DNA of 64,000 nucleotides from Albugo candida (Eukaryota): NCBI GenBank assembly GCA_040437565.1, contig JBDOQK010000042.1, positions 248,001 to 312,000 of the forward strand, read 5' to 3'. Shown piece by piece: positions 52,314 to 64,000 of this stretch (position 1 is its first letter; each line of letters starts with the position of its first letter). The notes under the pieces were generated by a model. It saw only the letters and a program-made list of their open reading frames with translations, ran no database searches and was not told where the DNA came from. The position numbers and the translations under genes were made by a program.

Positions 52314-53065
52314 ATTATTGCTTTGCAAATTTTTATTGCGACCGGTTTTATACCGTCGATTAAGTAAGAATCTTGCCACAATGAAGATGTGCTGCCTGCG
52401 GTATATTGTTCGCATGCTCAAACCACGAATCCAATAGTGCTGCTAGTGCTTGGTCGATGATGACTTTCATGACAAAACATGTGATCAACTACTGTTATGT
52501 AGCTTTAAAGGGAAGGAGTAACACTAGCATATGTACACGATCAAGACACATAAACTTTGTGCATTACCACGCTACCATGTTACAAGTCAGACTTCATTCG
52601 AAGATTTACAGTAATGCATCCATGCAATCAGTACGCTTATAGACGCTTTCCTATCCAATGGATTTGAGATGTTGATGCAATACTCATTCAATCGGAAAAT
52701 AGATTTGTGACGCATAACAAACCAGGCTCGGTTAATGCTAGAGTTGGAGCCGTAGCAAATATTCGTTAGTAGCTTTCACACTCAAGACGTAAATATGGAC
52801 ATCTTTCCATCAGGCAACTTTCAACCGTAGTCTCAGTCTCAAATGTGCGAATATCGCTCATCCTTTGCAAACCTCCCGCTTCGTAATGCCTCAAAGACGC
52901 TCCATACACTGTATCTCGAATTCATATCGACGGCTTCTACCTGCTATCATGCTCGTCTCCTTGTATCCGTAAGCTTCCTTCACCACGAAGCTTTATTCCA
53001 GCTTCTCTGACTGCGAGTCCTGGAATTATTGTATAAATAGCACTTGGCGCTTTGACTGTCTTTAA

Positions 53066-56000
53066 ATGTGCACGATGCAACAACCTTCTTTGGTCGATCT
53101 CGCACAAGATGCTCCTGTTTTTCGTGATTCCAATATTGGATTTAAAGAGAGGGATTGTAGCGAGCAGCAGCCATCTCGGCCATCTTTCAGAGACCTTTTA
53201 CAATCTCGTACTCTGAAAGACATGGTGAATCAAGCCATGGTCGTAAAACGATGGAAGGAACATGGAATGAATCAAGATCAACAAGCTTTAGACGTCATTT
53301 CCGATGCTCGGGTCAATTCAGAGAACGTGAATTCAATGAAGCCGGGTCTAATCAGATTCGAGTCTCAGCTGCATTCCAAAATGCCTTCTATCGAAGAATC
53401 CTGCCGCCAAGCACTCGAGAAGGCACCGAATCTACGCACACCTCTGGAAGTACAAGGAATTCAGGCATGGATGCTGACTAGTGGCTTCAAAGAAACGAAA
53501 GAATTGCAGAGTTTTTCACAGGAAGAGTTGGAGAAGCTGTGTAGCTTTGTCACACTTGCTCAATATCCGATTCATCACACACTCTACCGTNNNNNNNNNN
53601 NNNNNNNNNNNNNNNNNNNNNNNNNNNNNNNNNNNNNNNNNNNNNNNNNNNNNNNNNNNNNNNNNNNNNNNNNNNNNNNNNNNNNNNNNNGAAGAATCCT
53701 GCCGCCAAGCACTCGAGAAGGCACCGAATCTACGCACACCTCTGGAAGTACAAGGAATTCAGGCATGGATGCTGACTAGTGGCTTCAAAGAAACGAAAGA
53801 ATTGCAGAGTTTTTCACAGGAAGAGTTGGAGAAGCTGTGTAGCTTTGTCACACTTGCTCAATATCCGATTCATCACACACTCTACCGTCAAGGAGATGCT
53901 ATTGATGCGTTCTACTTTGTATTTTCAGGAATTGTACAGCTTCAAGTGAAACAGACTACAGCGTCCGGGGCGGTGACTGTGATCGTCGGAGAGTCTTCGA
54001 AATACGAGATTTTGGGGGAGTGTGGAATTGCTACAGAAGCGCCGCGAAATGAGACTGCGATTGTCAAGACTTTGTGTGAGCTTGTAAAGGTACCCCGAGA
54101 CGCGTACTTGGAGCTGATTGCCAGTCAGAAAGATTTCTCACTGAAGGAAGCCTCTATGACACAGAAAAAGCAAGATGTCGACTTACTCGGACCCTCGTAT
54201 TATCACATTCTCAATATTTTGGCTATTCCCAGAGACCTTCGTGATAAATCCAGTATCAATACGTTGACTTCCTATCTCCAAACACTCCGCTTTTTCCGTC
54301 CCTTATTGACGTCCTTTGTTCGTGAACTATGTGATATCGTAGATGTGCTGAGAGTCGATTCCGGCTGCACTGTGTTTGCCGAAGGCGATACAGGTGACTT
54401 GTTTTATGTGATACTCAACGGCTCGGTCGATATTCTTGTAAATGCTAAAGACATGCGTGGTCAAGTACAACAGAACAAGCTCGTCAATCTGACGGAAGGC
54501 TCGCATTTTGGTGAACTTGCACTTATCACTGGCAACGGCATCCGGTCGGCAACTGTGATCACTAGAGAAAATTGTGTTTTTCTGACTATCTCGGAGAAAG
54601 ATTACAACGCGACATTGCGTCGTATGCAGAATGAGGAATGGCGAGGTCGAGTCGATGTATTACAACGCATTCCGCGTCTACAGACAGAAGCTTGGACTCC
54701 GGAACTACTTCGGGAGATCTCATACGTCTCTCTGGACAAAAGCTTGCGCGTTGGAACTGTTTTATTCCGGCAGGACGAGTTGGCTCAGCATATATACTTT
54801 ATTGTCCGTGGAGAAATGACGATAGAAAAAGAGATTACGGATCCGTTCACGCTTGAAAAACGCGTGATGACCGTCGCTCGGCTACGAAAGTATCACATTA
54901 TCGGCGAGGATGCGTAAGTGCATTGTCTGAGGATTCAATGCGCGCTAAAAGGACGTCTTTGTACTGTAGCGCTACTGGCACACACTTTAATATGCCCACA
55001 TACCGCCAATTCACAGCGACCGCTTCGACTCCGGTCCAAATTTTCGTATTATCGAAATATGACGTCTATCATCGTCTCTCTCGGGTCGTACGAGAAAGTT
55101 TACAAGCGTTATCGCATGAGACCAGAGATGAGATTATGTATGTGGATCGCTTGTACAAAACGGACAAGTGGCGTGCGTACAAAGAAAACACATTGGCAAA
55201 ACATGGGGCTTTAAAAGCGTATCCTTCCGTGCATCGCCATACGACCGGTACCGAACTTGTGGATTGCAATGACTTTCTCCTCGTACCACATGACAGAGAT
55301 GGAACGCGATTGAACGGATCCTTTGTACGAGATCATGTCACTCGATGTAATCCGGAAGCAGCTTCGAGCCCTCGTCGGCAACGCGAGTTGGAATGTGCTA
55401 TACGAAAGGATGAGAAGCAACAGCTTGAAGTCCTCAACGAAGGAAATCCAATGACGTATCTGCCACATTCCTTCAAGAAAATACCGACGTTGCTGATGAA
55501 TGAAAATTTTGTGTTCTCGCAGCCTCTCACCCTGGCAAGTGTCAGCGTAGCTGATAGAAAACGCCATGCAAAAGAAGATTCCGTTCGCACCGCTGGTGAA
55601 GTCGAGCAAGTAAAACCAGCTTCACCAACTGATATCCCAAGAACGGGCGTCACTATAAAGGACAGCACGGATCTCGCATTGTATCTACGGGATCTGGAAA
55701 CTGGAGCAGGCTTTTATCTCACTTCACTGGACAGAATCGCTTATCATCACGAGACCAAAGCGTACAAGATTGGAAGGAACAAAATGGTTTTGATCTCGAA
55801 TGATTCACAACTGCGAGAACAGCAGCAATTTTTGTACAATCAATTATCTCGCGTTAACAGACATGAAGATGTCTCCGCTGAAGAGATCAGAACGCGACAA
55901 AATGTGCTTTACAAACAAACCTCCACAGCCAGTCAAACAAACTCGCATCTTGGAGCGCTAGAACCTCTACATCCAACGCCGATCGACAATGTTCCTTTAG

Positions 56001-56706
56001 AAAACGCGACAGATGAATCGATCGTACCTTTGGTTGTGGTCGCTACGGTGATTGTTTCTTCACAGGATGCACAAACCGCTACAGGTACGACACGCTGGCT
56101 TTGCATCCATCCAAACCTCTCGTCAGAGTTGGAGACAATACAATCAGCCTATTTGAGTCGTTATCGGCGATATGCAGATGCATTAATTTGTGTCCTTCCT
56201 ATAAACCGATGGATCAGGTGGGATGAAATGTATCGCTATTGCGTGCAGATGGAATCAAAATTTGCACGAAAGACCTCGTTGCGGTGTCGAAAGAAGACAC
56301 TGATGTCCCGAATGATTCCTACCGAGAACCATTCTTCTTTAGATCCTCACGCGATCAGGCAGGCCCACAAGCCTCCGCATCCAACGGAATCTGCGGATCT
56401 CCACTCTCTAATCTGCAGACAATTGGGTGTGGATGTGACACAAGTGTCATCTCGAAGCGAGATCTCGACGTACGTGATTCAGTTTGGCTCTCCTCTTCTC
56501 CCTCACCTTTTATTACTAGCGCTCGACCGCATGTATCTCTCGGGCAAAAGATCGATGCACTCCAGGAATATCTGAAGAGTAATCGTCCACAGACAACTAG
56601 TCGAGTCACACTCCGAAGTCTGCAGCAAATGAAGAAATTTGGAGCCATTTTGAAGACACGAATCGCTCGTGTTGCACCGGTCGAAGAGAAAAATGCACTA
56701 TACTAA
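53066..56706 (+). CDS. Protein with three cyclic-nucleotide-binding (CNB) domains; introns 54914-54969 and 56470-56519; internal gap duplication (53394-53590 / 53691-53887)
   Basis: LYRQGD...FYFVFSG...GECG...PRNETA; VFAEGDTGDLFYVILNG...GSHFGELAL...RSATV; LFRQDE...IYFIVRG...IGED. Splice sites rejoin ORFs 53481-54917, 54923-56575 and 56239-56706 in frame. Confidence 0.88.
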
Positions 56707-56729
56707 ACATTATCGTCCATCTACCTTGT

Positions 56730-59700
56730 CTACACTCCTGAATGATACCGATTCGGTTGACCATTGCGATTCCCTCGAGGTCTTGCCCCTTTACCGCCTC
56801 TACCTCCATACTCTCGACCTGTAGCTGGCGAATCGAGTCGCTGGTAATTGCTCTTGTTGATGACATTTGATCGACCTCGAGAGCGGTTGATATTGCGGTT
56901 CCTTGAAGCACCTGACGGTAATCTGGGATTACTGCTTTGGTGCCGTAGACCGTATCGTTCATTTTCGGCAGCCATCTCTTCTTTGGTGCATAAGATACCA
57001 TTTCTCCGTGTCCCTGCACCCATCAGCAGCACCATTGTCATGATACAAAACAGTGTCAGACCATATAGAAAGATGAATCCGCCCTTTGGTATCGGATCCT
57101 TTGCCGTTGCGAACGTATAAGCGATAGGAATCACAAAGAATATCGCAAATAGTATCGGAGTCATCACAGCCCGACCACGAGTCGTGAATAATCCCACTGC
57201 GGACGCATACGGAACAACAGTAAATCCAAGACCGAGAAAAAAGTAGCAAAGCATCGATGTCAGGCTCATGCACAAAGCCGCATTGCCGGTTTTCGCGAAA
57301 AGATCCGTCTGCGCATCAAAGCCCAGAATTGCAGCACAAAGGGCTACAGGGATGCACGTACCAAATAAGATCGACTTGTGGTTGAGTTTGTCAATGAAAA
57401 AGAACGACAGCCCCGCACCGGTGATTTGAAGTGCCAAACAGTTCAATAAGAGTCGATTTTGATCACCTTTTGATCCTGATGTTTGCTCATGGTAGATAAA
57501 AGTATTCAAAACCGGAGTTGCTAAGGAGCACGTGATCATTAAGCTGATGCCCAATAACAGCTTGTAGGAAGATGAGGCTTCTTCGTTATTGGATCCTTCA
57601 CCTTCCTCTCGTATCTTTTTCAGTTCATCGGACACATCAGGCTTTCGCCGTAAGACAATCAGGCAAGCCTCACAACAATCCCATCCTCGATGTTCGAGGA
57701 CCCACAGAGGACTCTCGGGAAAGATGTTGACACCTGCAGTGATCATTCCAATCACACCAGAAGCGATAAAGCCTTCCCAAATCCACCCGAGCTGCTTGAT
57801 TGTCGAGCAAAAACAATTCAGGAGGACACCCAATGTGATCCCAAAGCCCAACAAAAGCATCGTTCGACTTCGCATTTCACGCGAAGGGACCTCGTAAATG
57901 TACTGCGAAAGAGATGGAAATAGGACACCGGTCGAAATTCCTAAGATTCCGATCGCTGGGATGAGCAGTGAATGACGTGAGCTTCCCGTAGCATACACAG
58001 CAGTCATTCCCACGCTAGTGAGCAGACCGCCAATCACGATGGAAAGTCGACGACCAAGAAAATGATTGGTAAAGGCAGACGCAACGACACCGAGCACACA
58101 GCCAATGTAGTACACATATGACGTTTTGCCTCTGCCTAAGCCTCCATCGAGGATGCCATCATACGTAATCACATAACTCGAAAAGCTCGGAGATTGTTCC
58201 AAAGTCGATAATAAACTGAACAACCAGCCCACTCCGATGCCTCCTAAAAGTCCGATGAACGTAGCAATGGAGAGTGCGTACTGAGAGGAAGCTGACATGA
58301 CTTTCGAAAAGCCTTCGTTGTACATCATCCGCGTCTGTATGATGTTCAGAAACGGGATGCAGGACATTATAAACAACGGAATGACCAGAAGTAAGCCAAA
58401 GATATAATCGAAGAAAAACGCCAATTGCTGGAAGCAAACGACGCCAGCAATAGAAGAGTTGGAAAAGCTCCACATGCGTGCACACTCATTCAGCCCGTAC
58501 AGCGCTGCCATGTAGCCAAAGAATAGAGCGATCGCGTAGCTCATATCTTTATGCAATATGGCGACAATTGCGACCAAGTACGCTGACACGATAGCCAGCA
58601 GACAGAATGCGTAAAACGATGCTCTTTTCATGGAGCTCATCCCTCGCATACACAGCCCAAATCCATGAATAAAGCCCATTGCGACCACAGTAGCGCCTGC
58701 AGCTGCCAGCACGACCGCAACAAACATGACACTTTTCGTTTTGAGAGTGATGACGTAAAACATGACAAAAAAATGCCGACTTTCACGTATGATCACAGTG
58801 ATACGAGCAATCATGTTGGAATTGTGGTACTGCTCGAGCTCGCTTTTCCACCAGGTGACCCAGCCACCCGTAATGGTCTTATCATCATCCTTGTAATCAG
58901 CATCGGCGAACATCCAATTGACCCAGGCCTTGATGTCGACCTTTGTCTTTTGCCAGTCTAAACCATCCGTGTTGAAAATAAATGGCGACAAGAGCCAAAG
59001 AATTGCAATAAACCACGTTGAAAACGTTTGGACACCGTAGCCTTGTGACGCAGTACAAAATTTGACCGCGAAGAAATCATCATTTGCTGGTGCTTCATTC
59101 TGACAAATGGAGAAATTTCCGTACGCTAAATAGACGAGACAAAGTCCCACAAGCTCAAATGCCTTTCGATAATGAGAGGATGCATACGCTCGATACAGCA
59201 AAACAAATGTCTCACGCGTGATTTTAAATCCTCGGCCAGTCGCTTGGTAATTGGCTCCTCCGTGCACAATGTTATTGTCGAAGAAATGCATTGTGGTCCC
59301 GACCTGAAATACGAAAAAAGCGGGTCCTCCAGTGATAATCATTTCAAGAAACCGTCCAAAACCACGGAGTAATCCTCCCTCACCGAAATACACGCACATC
59401 AATGGAAGCATTAGGAACAGCCCGGCCTGGATGAAAAATTGCGTATTCATGACGGATTTGACGTCAGTAAACACGCGAAGATCGAATCCATACGCCACGT
59501 TTCCACGAATCACTTGAGTCGAATTCATTTCAAACACAATTTCACGTTGTACGCCGGACAGAGCCAAATAGACTTTGCTATACATGTACACAAATGTGGT
59601 AACGATAGTCATCCAAGTGGCAAAGTAAAAGCCCGTGTGCGAGTAATACATCGAATTGAGACGAAAGAAATCCATAAATTGCCCCATACGATGCGCTTCT

Positions 59701-62700
59701 CGAGCCAGTGAGGTTTCTCCGGCTCCATTCGCTAGCTTGCCCTCAAACATAGAGATTTGTGATAGAGCGACATCACGTCCTTTACCGCATTGCATAAACT
59801 CCACATGCGTAACGATACCACCGCGCAGAGTCGAATTGAAGCCGGCAAACACATCTTCCGAGAGATTGATTCCCTTACTGGCCTTTGAAACACCTCCACG
59901 GGAGAAAGCAATCAATTTGTCAAAGACATCGGGGTGACCATAATGCATTCGAACGTATAAAGGATCAGCCAAGACACGTTGAGAGAGCGTGACAAACACA
60001 AGCTCTTGCCACGATTTGAATTTGGAAAGGGAGGACGCATCCCCTGTGAAAATATGCTCTCGCATTCCAATGATGGAGACGGGTTTTTTCGAAGGATGGA
60101 GGTCAGCTGTGGCCAGTAATTGCGGCATTTTGAGACACTCTTCGAAGTAATGTTGCTGATTCATGTCGATTGTTTGCAAGTATTCCCCACGCGTGAATTG
60201 CAGTGCATTGTTTTGATTCTCCGGTTTACCTTCACCCAAAATTGGATCGCCAGGCAGTTCGTAGCGGTACACTTCGACAATTTCGTTTCGCTCACTTTTG
60301 ATCAGCACCGAGTCGAATCGGTCGTCATGTCCGGACGATTTGATCGTATCCACATACGCCACACGAAGATTCGGATATGTTTTGAGAAGATAATCGATAT
60401 CATCTGCTTGGGCTTTACCTTCCGCGCGATGTTTTCCGTACACTTGACAAGCGCAGATATAAGAAAACTTGAGTCGAACAATATCTTCGAGCTGTGACTG
60501 TTTTTGTTCGGCAGTTTTGTTGGGTGCAGATCCGATTTCAAGCCAGTGAAGGATCTTGATTGCGTCCTCGTAAAGCATCATTCCTTGCACGGTCCGGGCG
60601 AGCGTTTGACCACGATACGAGGCCCACAATCGAAGCTCCATGGGGTATTTGCTCAGCGCTTCCTCGACAGACATAACGTCGACACGTTCGAGAAAGTTTT
60701 CCCACTCTGCAGGATGGATGGTTGTAAGGTACTTGAGAATCGTGATATTCTTACCATCCTCTTCCACTTTCCGGAAAATGGGAGGATTATCGAGCTTATC
60801 GCTGAGCTCCTGCAGAGAATATAACACCGACTCGGAGTAGAAGGGTGTTACAACGGAGAACGATTTCATCTCTTTGATCGCAGTGAGCTCGGGGATTTCC
60901 ATCACCAGCGACTTGAGAAAGAATCCCAATCGTCGTTGAGCTTCCCCACAACGAGGCATTGCATCAGCTCGATCCAGCGTCATGAGCAGGTACGCACGAG
61001 TTGCTGCGCCCATAGCAGCATCATTGTGGAAGAGATTGGTAAGCCCATTCATTGCGTACATGTATCCCCCGTTGGCTTGGACAAACTTGACGTTGGAAAA
61101 TTTGGCTCCTAAATCGGGTCTGCTCACCAAATGGCGAAGATTGTTGATCAGATTCTCCATCTTGTTGACAAAGCTTCGAATGACTCCCATTGAATGAACT
61201 TTACTAGACCCAGCACCTTGCGCTTGTACTTCTGGATCAGGCAAATCCATCACAGCTTCGAGGAGATCCATGATAGAGGAGCGAAGTTCTGGCAATGTCC
61301 GAGTATCAAAAGTGGCCATAAACTTTCCCTTTTGAGCGACTTTTTCAATTTCACGAAGTGCGTCGAGCATATCTGCGTCTTCCGTCGTCAAAAGTGCTTC
61401 GAATACGTACATACAGGCATGGAAAAAGCTTCGAATTCCAGAAAGACAATCCTCTTTCATCAGTGCGATATGCAGTTGTTCATCCCCTTTTTGTTCCTTT
61501 CCAAGCTTGCCGATAATCTCGAGCGCGTCGTTCAGCTTTCCTGCCGATAAAAAGACAGGCTCAAACACGTCTCCGGAACTTTGTACGTCGTACTGCAAGA
61601 TTGCAGCTTCTTTATCATCCACCAAATCGCCTTCTCGAAATGAATTGACAATCTCATTCCACACAACTACGAATCGAAGCATCATTTGAGACTGAAATTC
61701 CGCTGCGGAATGACCGTGGGTTGCGTCATTGGCTCGTGCTAAAGCTGTGACAATTTTGTGGTCGAACAACGGCGGTGCCGCTCGAAAATACTTTGTGAAT
61801 TGCTGCATGCCGTGTATCTCTCCAGTTTTCATGAAGATTCCCTGAGACCAACCGAGAAGGGCTTGGAAGGCTGTAAAGTAGATTTGTGTATCATAATTGA
61901 AAATGAAGACGATAGGAGCCCATAGAGCCAAGATGACTCCCATGTTGTGAAAATTGATCACATTACTGCCATACTTGAGCTGCATCGAGTAGATCGCTAG
62001 TGAAGGAAGGACTAATGGTCGCACGAGAATAAAGTAGGATACAAAGGCTTTGAGAGACCACAAGCAGAGCCAATAGGCAATGTAGCGAAGTTGGAATCGG
62101 AAAGGTGGAGCCATATGACGACCTACATAACAGCTGACACCTTCTCGTGTAAACTGCGCAAGATAGCTGTCATTGATCAAATGAGGTGCAATTGCGTATG
62201 TGAGCAGTACACCTGTTGCTGGAGTGATAAAGGCCATAGTCATCAAAGTGGCATTATTGAGAAACGAGGTATCCTGACGAAGCGTTAGTGGCTCGTAAAT
62301 CATCCATCCAAAGCCTGCTGCAAATGCTGCATTCCAAACCATTCGACAGACCAAAGCGGATGCGTACGAAAACGATCGAGATGAGGTGGTGGATTTATCA
62401 CGATTGAACAAAAGATGCCAGCCATGTGCCGCCTCTAAAACCGTCTTCAGGAATGCCAGCATCGAATGACTGAACACAATTGAAATCAGCGCCATCTTGA
62501 CGTCTCGTGTGGTGTACGGAGCGACAACTTGACCCATTGAACCAAATTGAGCAAACCATTGCTTCCCACCACTTGGTGATACTGCAGAGATGAAGCCTAT
62601 TACAACGAGGCAGGTGAGGAACATCAAGTTGAATTGAAAAATCCGGTAATAATTCAAAATCAAAGTGAAGATACTTCTGTGCTCATAGTATGACTTTCCG

Positions 62701-63545
62701 TGATTTTGACTCAATTCTTTGCCGATCTGATCGATGGGAACTTGGATGCAATATGGTTTCCAAAAATACTCATTGATATCATCATAATTTCGTACATGGA
62801 CGTGTTCCAATGATTTCCCAAGCTTGTTCTTTCGTTTCATGTTGGCACACTCGGCCCACACGGGAGAAACAACCGAACGAAGATACCATCCCTCGCTCTG
62901 CGTCTGACTTGCACAAGGGTCTTGATTGAGTTGGTGAAGCATTTGATGGAAAATGTAGCAGATACACTCTGGCATATGTCGAAGATTGGCAGCTTCTCCC
63001 CATATCAGTAATAACAACATCATGTCCATGTGCATAGGACTTTTCAGATTCTTTTTGGCTCCTTGCATTTTAAATGAGTTTGGTTGAATCCGGAGGAATT
63101 GACACCACTCAATATAATTCGATACAAGCTTTGTATGAAGTACTTTTATATGATGCTGATGAGGATCTGAAGGTCGTGTTCGAGCTTTACCATTAGCAAG
63201 GAGAAGAAGTACGTGTTCTCGTTGATTATTTACAGAGCCGGATTGAAATCCAAATTTGTTGTACAGAATTTCACAGCAATAATCAATTGAGGTTTCATCG
63301 TCAAAATCCCCTTCGAGTCCGCCACCTTTCATATACTGGCTTTGTCCTAAAATCTCTTTATCCTCCAGCATCGATAATCGTTGTGATAATGATCGCTGAC
63401 CTTCATAAGGAGCCTCATCGTAATTTCCGTATTGTTTGCCATAATTCGGATCTCGTGTATCAGTTTGAGAAGCACGTCGACGATCTGCATTCAACTCGAA
63501 ATAATTCGAGCTCGCACGTGCATGCCGGTCTGTAGAAGTTCTCAT
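56730..63545 (-). CDS. Beta-1,3-glucan/callose synthase (GT48, FKS family) fused to a C-terminal MFS sugar-porter domain, 2271 aa, intronless
   Basis: FGFQ..SVNNQREH, WGEAANLRHMPEC, NYDDINEYFW, WASYRGQTLARTV, GEGKPENQN, QTIDMNQ, HYGHPD, INLSEDVFAG and GKGRD. The last about 500 aa contain LGRR, YIYE...EMRSR and PESPLW sugar-porter motifs. Confidence 0.96.
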   Translation of the reverse strand: MRTSTDRHARASSNYFELNADRRRASQTDTRDPNYGKQYGNYDEAPYEGQRSLSQRLSMLEDKEILGQSQYMKGGGLEGDFDDETSIDYCCEILYNKFGFQSGSVNNQREHVLLLLANGKARTRPSDPHQHHIKVLHTKLVSNYIEWCQFLRIQPNSFKMQGAKKNLKSPMHMDMMLLLLIWGEAANLRHMPECICYIFHQMLHQLNQDPCASQTQSEGWYLRSVVSPVWAECANMKRKNKLGKSLEHVHVRNYDDINEYFWKPYCIQVPIDQIGKELSQNHGKSYYEHRSIFTLILNYYRIFQFNLMFLTCLVVIGFISAVSPSGGKQWFAQFGSMGQVVAPYTTRDVKMALISIVFSHSMLAFLKTVLEAAHGWHLLFNRDKSTTSSRSFSYASALVCRMVWNAAFAAGFGWMIYEPLTLRQDTSFLNNATLMTMAFITPATGVLLTYAIAPHLINDSYLAQFTREGVSCYVGRHMAPPFRFQLRYIAYWLCLWSLKAFVSYFILVRPLVLPSLAIYSMQLKYGSNVINFHNMGVILALWAPIVFIFNYDTQIYFTAFQALLGWSQGIFMKTGEIHGMQQFTKYFRAAPPLFDHKIVTALARANDATHGHSAAEFQSQMMLRFVVVWNEIVNSFREGDLVDDKEAAILQYDVQSSGDVFEPVFLSAGKLNDALEIIGKLGKEQKGDEQLHIALMKEDCLSGIRSFFHACMYVFEALLTTEDADMLDALREIEKVAQKGKFMATFDTRTLPELRSSIMDLLEAVMDLPDPEVQAQGAGSSKVHSMGVIRSFVNKMENLINNLRHLVSRPDLGAKFSNVKFVQANGGYMYAMNGLTNLFHNDAAMGAATRAYLLMTLDRADAMPRCGEAQRRLGFFLKSLVMEIPELTAIKEMKSFSVVTPFYSESVLYSLQELSDKLDNPPIFRKVEEDGKNITILKYLTTIHPAEWENFLERVDVMSVEEALSKYPMELRLWASYRGQTLARTVQGMMLYEDAIKILHWLEIGSAPNKTAEQKQSQLEDIVRLKFSYICACQVYGKHRAEGKAQADDIDYLLKTYPNLRVAYVDTIKSSGHDDRFDSVLIKSERNEIVEVYRYELPGDPILGEGKPENQNNALQFTRGEYLQTIDMNQQHYFEECLKMPQLLATADLHPSKKPVSIIGMREHIFTGDASSLSKFKSWQELVFVTLSQRVLADPLYVRMHYGHPDVFDKLIAFSRGGVSKASKGINLSEDVFAGFNSTLRGGIVTHVEFMQCGKGRDVALSQISMFEGKLANGAGETSLAREAHRMGQFMDFFRLNSMYYSHTGFYFATWMTIVTTFVYMYSKVYLALSGVQREIVFEMNSTQVIRGNVAYGFDLRVFTDVKSVMNTQFFIQAGLFLMLPLMCVYFGEGGLLRGFGRFLEMIITGGPAFFVFQVGTTMHFFDNNIVHGGANYQATGRGFKITRETFVLLYRAYASSHYRKAFELVGLCLVYLAYGNFSICQNEAPANDDFFAVKFCTASQGYGVQTFSTWFIAILWLLSPFIFNTDGLDWQKTKVDIKAWVNWMFADADYKDDDKTITGGWVTWWKSELEQYHNSNMIARITVIIRESRHFFVMFYVITLKTKSVMFVAVVLAAAGATVVAMGFIHGFGLCMRGMSSMKRASFYAFCLLAIVSAYLVAIVAILHKDMSYAIALFFGYMAALYGLNECARMWSFSNSSIAGVVCFQQLAFFFDYIFGLLLVIPLFIMSCIPFLNIIQTRMMYNEGFSKVMSASSQYALSIATFIGLLGGIGVGWLFSLLSTLEQSPSFSSYVITYDGILDGGLGRGKTSYVYYIGCVLGVVASAFTNHFLGRRLSIVIGGLLTSVGMTAVYATGSSRHSLLIPAIGILGISTGVLFPSLSQYIYEVPSREMRSRTMLLLGFGITLGVLLNCFCSTIKQLGWIWEGFIASGVIGMITAGVNIFPESPLWVLEHRGWDCCEACLIVLRRKPDVSDELKKIREEGEGSNNEEASSSYKLLLGISLMITCSLATPVLNTFIYHEQTSGSKGDQNRLLLNCLALQITGAGLSFFFIDKLNHKSILFGTCIPVALCAAILGFDAQTDLFAKTGNAALCMSLTSMLCYFFLGLGFTVVPYASAVGLFTTRGRAVMTPILFAIFFVIPIAYTFATAKDPIPKGGFIFLYGLTLFCIMTMVLLMGAGTRRNGILCTKEEMAAENERYGLRHQSSNPRLPSGASRNRNINRSRGRSNVINKSNYQRLDSPATGREYGGRGGKGARPRGNRNGQPNRYHSGV

Positions 63546-64000
63546 TGATACCGTTCTGTTTTTTCGATAGTCAGAGGAATATCAACTGAATACTTTCGAG
63601 CCGGTGCGACGAGACTTTTCGACGTAAATGGTGATAGTGCTTGTTGAGGGATAGCGCGAGAAAGGGAGAGGACTTATTTCAAAGGTATAAAGCTGAAAAT
63701 TGTTTGCTTAAAACGAGACTCTCCAGTCCTATGGCTGTGAGTAGTGAAGTGACTAGGATGTGCATAGGCCAAGTATCAAATTAGTATTCAGTTGTGGGTA
63801 TCAGAAAAGTAGAATCCTCCAATCGAGTCGCGCTGTCTATTTCCGGTTAGGGATGATGTGGCAGTATACCTCTTCTGGTCTTATCGGACCCCCAGGTTTA
63901 TTAACAGATGGCGAGAAAGCACACTCAAAATCCGGCTTGTCGAAAGGAAAGGACCAGTTTTGCGTAAAGCATGTACGCTACGGCTTTCCCTGCTACCCCC

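Overview
Eukaryotic draft-genome scaffold with nine 100-N gaps. Gene content, very short GT-AG introns (about 48-73 nt) and moderate GC point to an oomycete, most likely Albugo-like (inference). Gene-dense blocks encode: NFS1 cysteine desulfurase, a PDZ-like protein, SLX1, an HSF-type factor, an LYR protein, SNF1/AMPK-alpha, a bacterial-type class I glutamine amidotransferase, a RING-H2 ligase, a large START-like/FYVE protein, PIG-N/MCD4, ELG1/ATAD5, a SWEET, an EXS protein, a cyclic-nucleotide-binding protein, and a GT48 beta-1,3-glucan synthase fused to an MFS sugar-porter domain. Gene-poor blocks contain Mutator-like MITEs, two copia remnants and decayed ORFs. The most striking observation is largely missed by the ORF track: two paralogous two-exon genes (8879-9168 + and 38856-39278 -). 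Each encodes signal peptide + acidic pro-region + Gly/Arg/Trp tail. In one copy the tail is eight exact GGWDGRR units whose DNA differences are all synonymous, so it is a candidate secreted, dibasic-processed repeat-peptide precursor. Seven of the nine gaps are flanked by near-identical direct duplications that are probably assembly artefacts.
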